NCBI GenBank assembly: GCA_001179505.1
Contig: CDMY01000714.1
Location: 1-28,100 of the forward strand
From: Vitrella brassicaformis CCMP3155
Lineage: Eukaryota > Protista > Chromerida
Length of the DNA stretch: 28,100 bases
Reading direction: 5' to 3'
Shown one piece after another: positions 27,180 through 28,100 of this stretch. The position numbers and the translations under genes are program-made. A model generated the notes under the pieces. That model saw only the letters and a program-made list of their open reading frames with translations. It was not told the DNA's origin and did not search any database. Position 1 is the first letter of the stretch; every line of letters begins with the position of its first letter.

Positions 27180-27515
27180 CGGGTCTAGGCTTGGAGACAA
27201 ATTCGAACCAAACAAAGCAAGGGAAGACAAAAGAAACACAACCATACAAAGCAAGGAACAACGCTCGTCCACTGCAACCAACAGCACATATGGAACACAC
27301 ACATGCATCTCACGCACTGCATAAGTAGGCACAACCAAGCATGAGACATGCATTGCAATGCACACGGTAACCAGATCTCCAGATCCAGCAGCCACCTGAG
27401 TGACTACACAGCATCTGGATCTGGATCCGGATGACGAATTGGATGGGAGACGCGCTGGCCCTCCGTGGCCCTCTGGGAGCCGCAGCGCGTTGTGCACGAC
27501 TCGCCCCCGTGGGCC
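27180..27515 (-). mobile_element. Repeat copy 3, 3' end only (5'-truncated)
   Basis: gcgctggccctccgtggccctctgg..gcagcgcgttgtgcacgactcgcc (about 27450-27505) matches 23335-23385 and the reverse complement of about 1013-1070. aacgctcgtccactgcaacca (about 27259) matches about 23143. Confidence 0.75.
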
Positions 27516-28073
27516 AGTCCGCCCACCCCGCCCGTCGGTAGTGGGAAGATGGCAGAAGAGAAGTAAGGCATGTAAGTGAATCGCCGATAGCCCAGTTCGC
27601 GTGTTCGCCTTCGTATGCTGGATTTCCTCAGGCAAATCAAATCAGGCAAATTCTTCCTAGTGCCCAATTTGCGCCTTTAAGAAACAACGCGTGCGGTCAG
27701 ACAAAAGGTTCGATCACGATCGTTTGGAAGTGAAAAGGGGACACGGTTGGGGTTATGTGTTGCTTCCAGTACTACAGACACGTTAATATGTCGAGAAGCT
27801 TCGTGTTTTTTGTAAGAATAGGTGGGCCATGTAAGAATAGGTGGGAGAGAGTCGGGGAGAATGGTGAAGAGAGGATCTGCCGGGCGGTCAGTCCCGGATA
27901 AAGGATTACGTCAATGCAACGTAAGGTCTGTGGATTTTGTGGAGAGTCCACGTAGGACATGTAGTATGCGTCAGTCCATTCTGTCTGACGTCCTGTCCGC
28001 CATGGCCTGTCTCATGGAACGGACAAAGACTCAACAGCCGTCCTGTCTCACAGATCAGTGGATCGTCGGTCTA

Positions 28074-28100
28074 TGAACCCTAGACCCTAAACCCTGGACC
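28074..28100 (+). repeat. Degenerate telomere-like heptamer array T(A/G)(A/G)ACCC, truncated by the window end
   Basis: TGAACCC TAGACCC TAAACCC TGGACC; only four units are visible. Confidence 0.6.

Overview
Eukaryotic genomic DNA: GC-rich, with many short GT-AG introns (mostly about 60-100 nt) and heptameric telomere-like repeats. The style suggests an alveolate, possibly a chromerid such as Vitrella (inference, not verified). Most ORFs in the supplied track are exon fragments or antisense shadows, so gene models were spliced by hand. Genes: FAM227/FWWh-domain protein (-, 1897-3625); GPR180/TMEM145-like 7TM protein (-, 3923-6337); GH81 beta-1,3-glucanase-like protein (+, 6567-10643); DEAH helicase PRP16/DHX38 (-, 11369-16658); intron-containing aryl-sulfotransferase-like gene with a bacterial-type Ig-like domain, disrupted near its 3' end (-, 17306-19885); an orphan secreted protein (+, 20423-21866); and a low-complexity ORF (+, 25080-26339). 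Three decayed copies of a repeat carrying the restriction-like endonuclease end of a CRE-like non-LTR retrotransposon are present, and two of them flank the 22 kb gene block in inverted orientation. Best lead: the GH81 gene reads open across all exons and has a membrane anchor, yet two of the three conserved acidic active-site residues are replaced. It sits head-to-head, 229 bp apart, with the 7TM gene. This fits a candidate non-catalytic beta-glucan-binding receptor paired with a GPCR-like partner, which remains a hypothesis.
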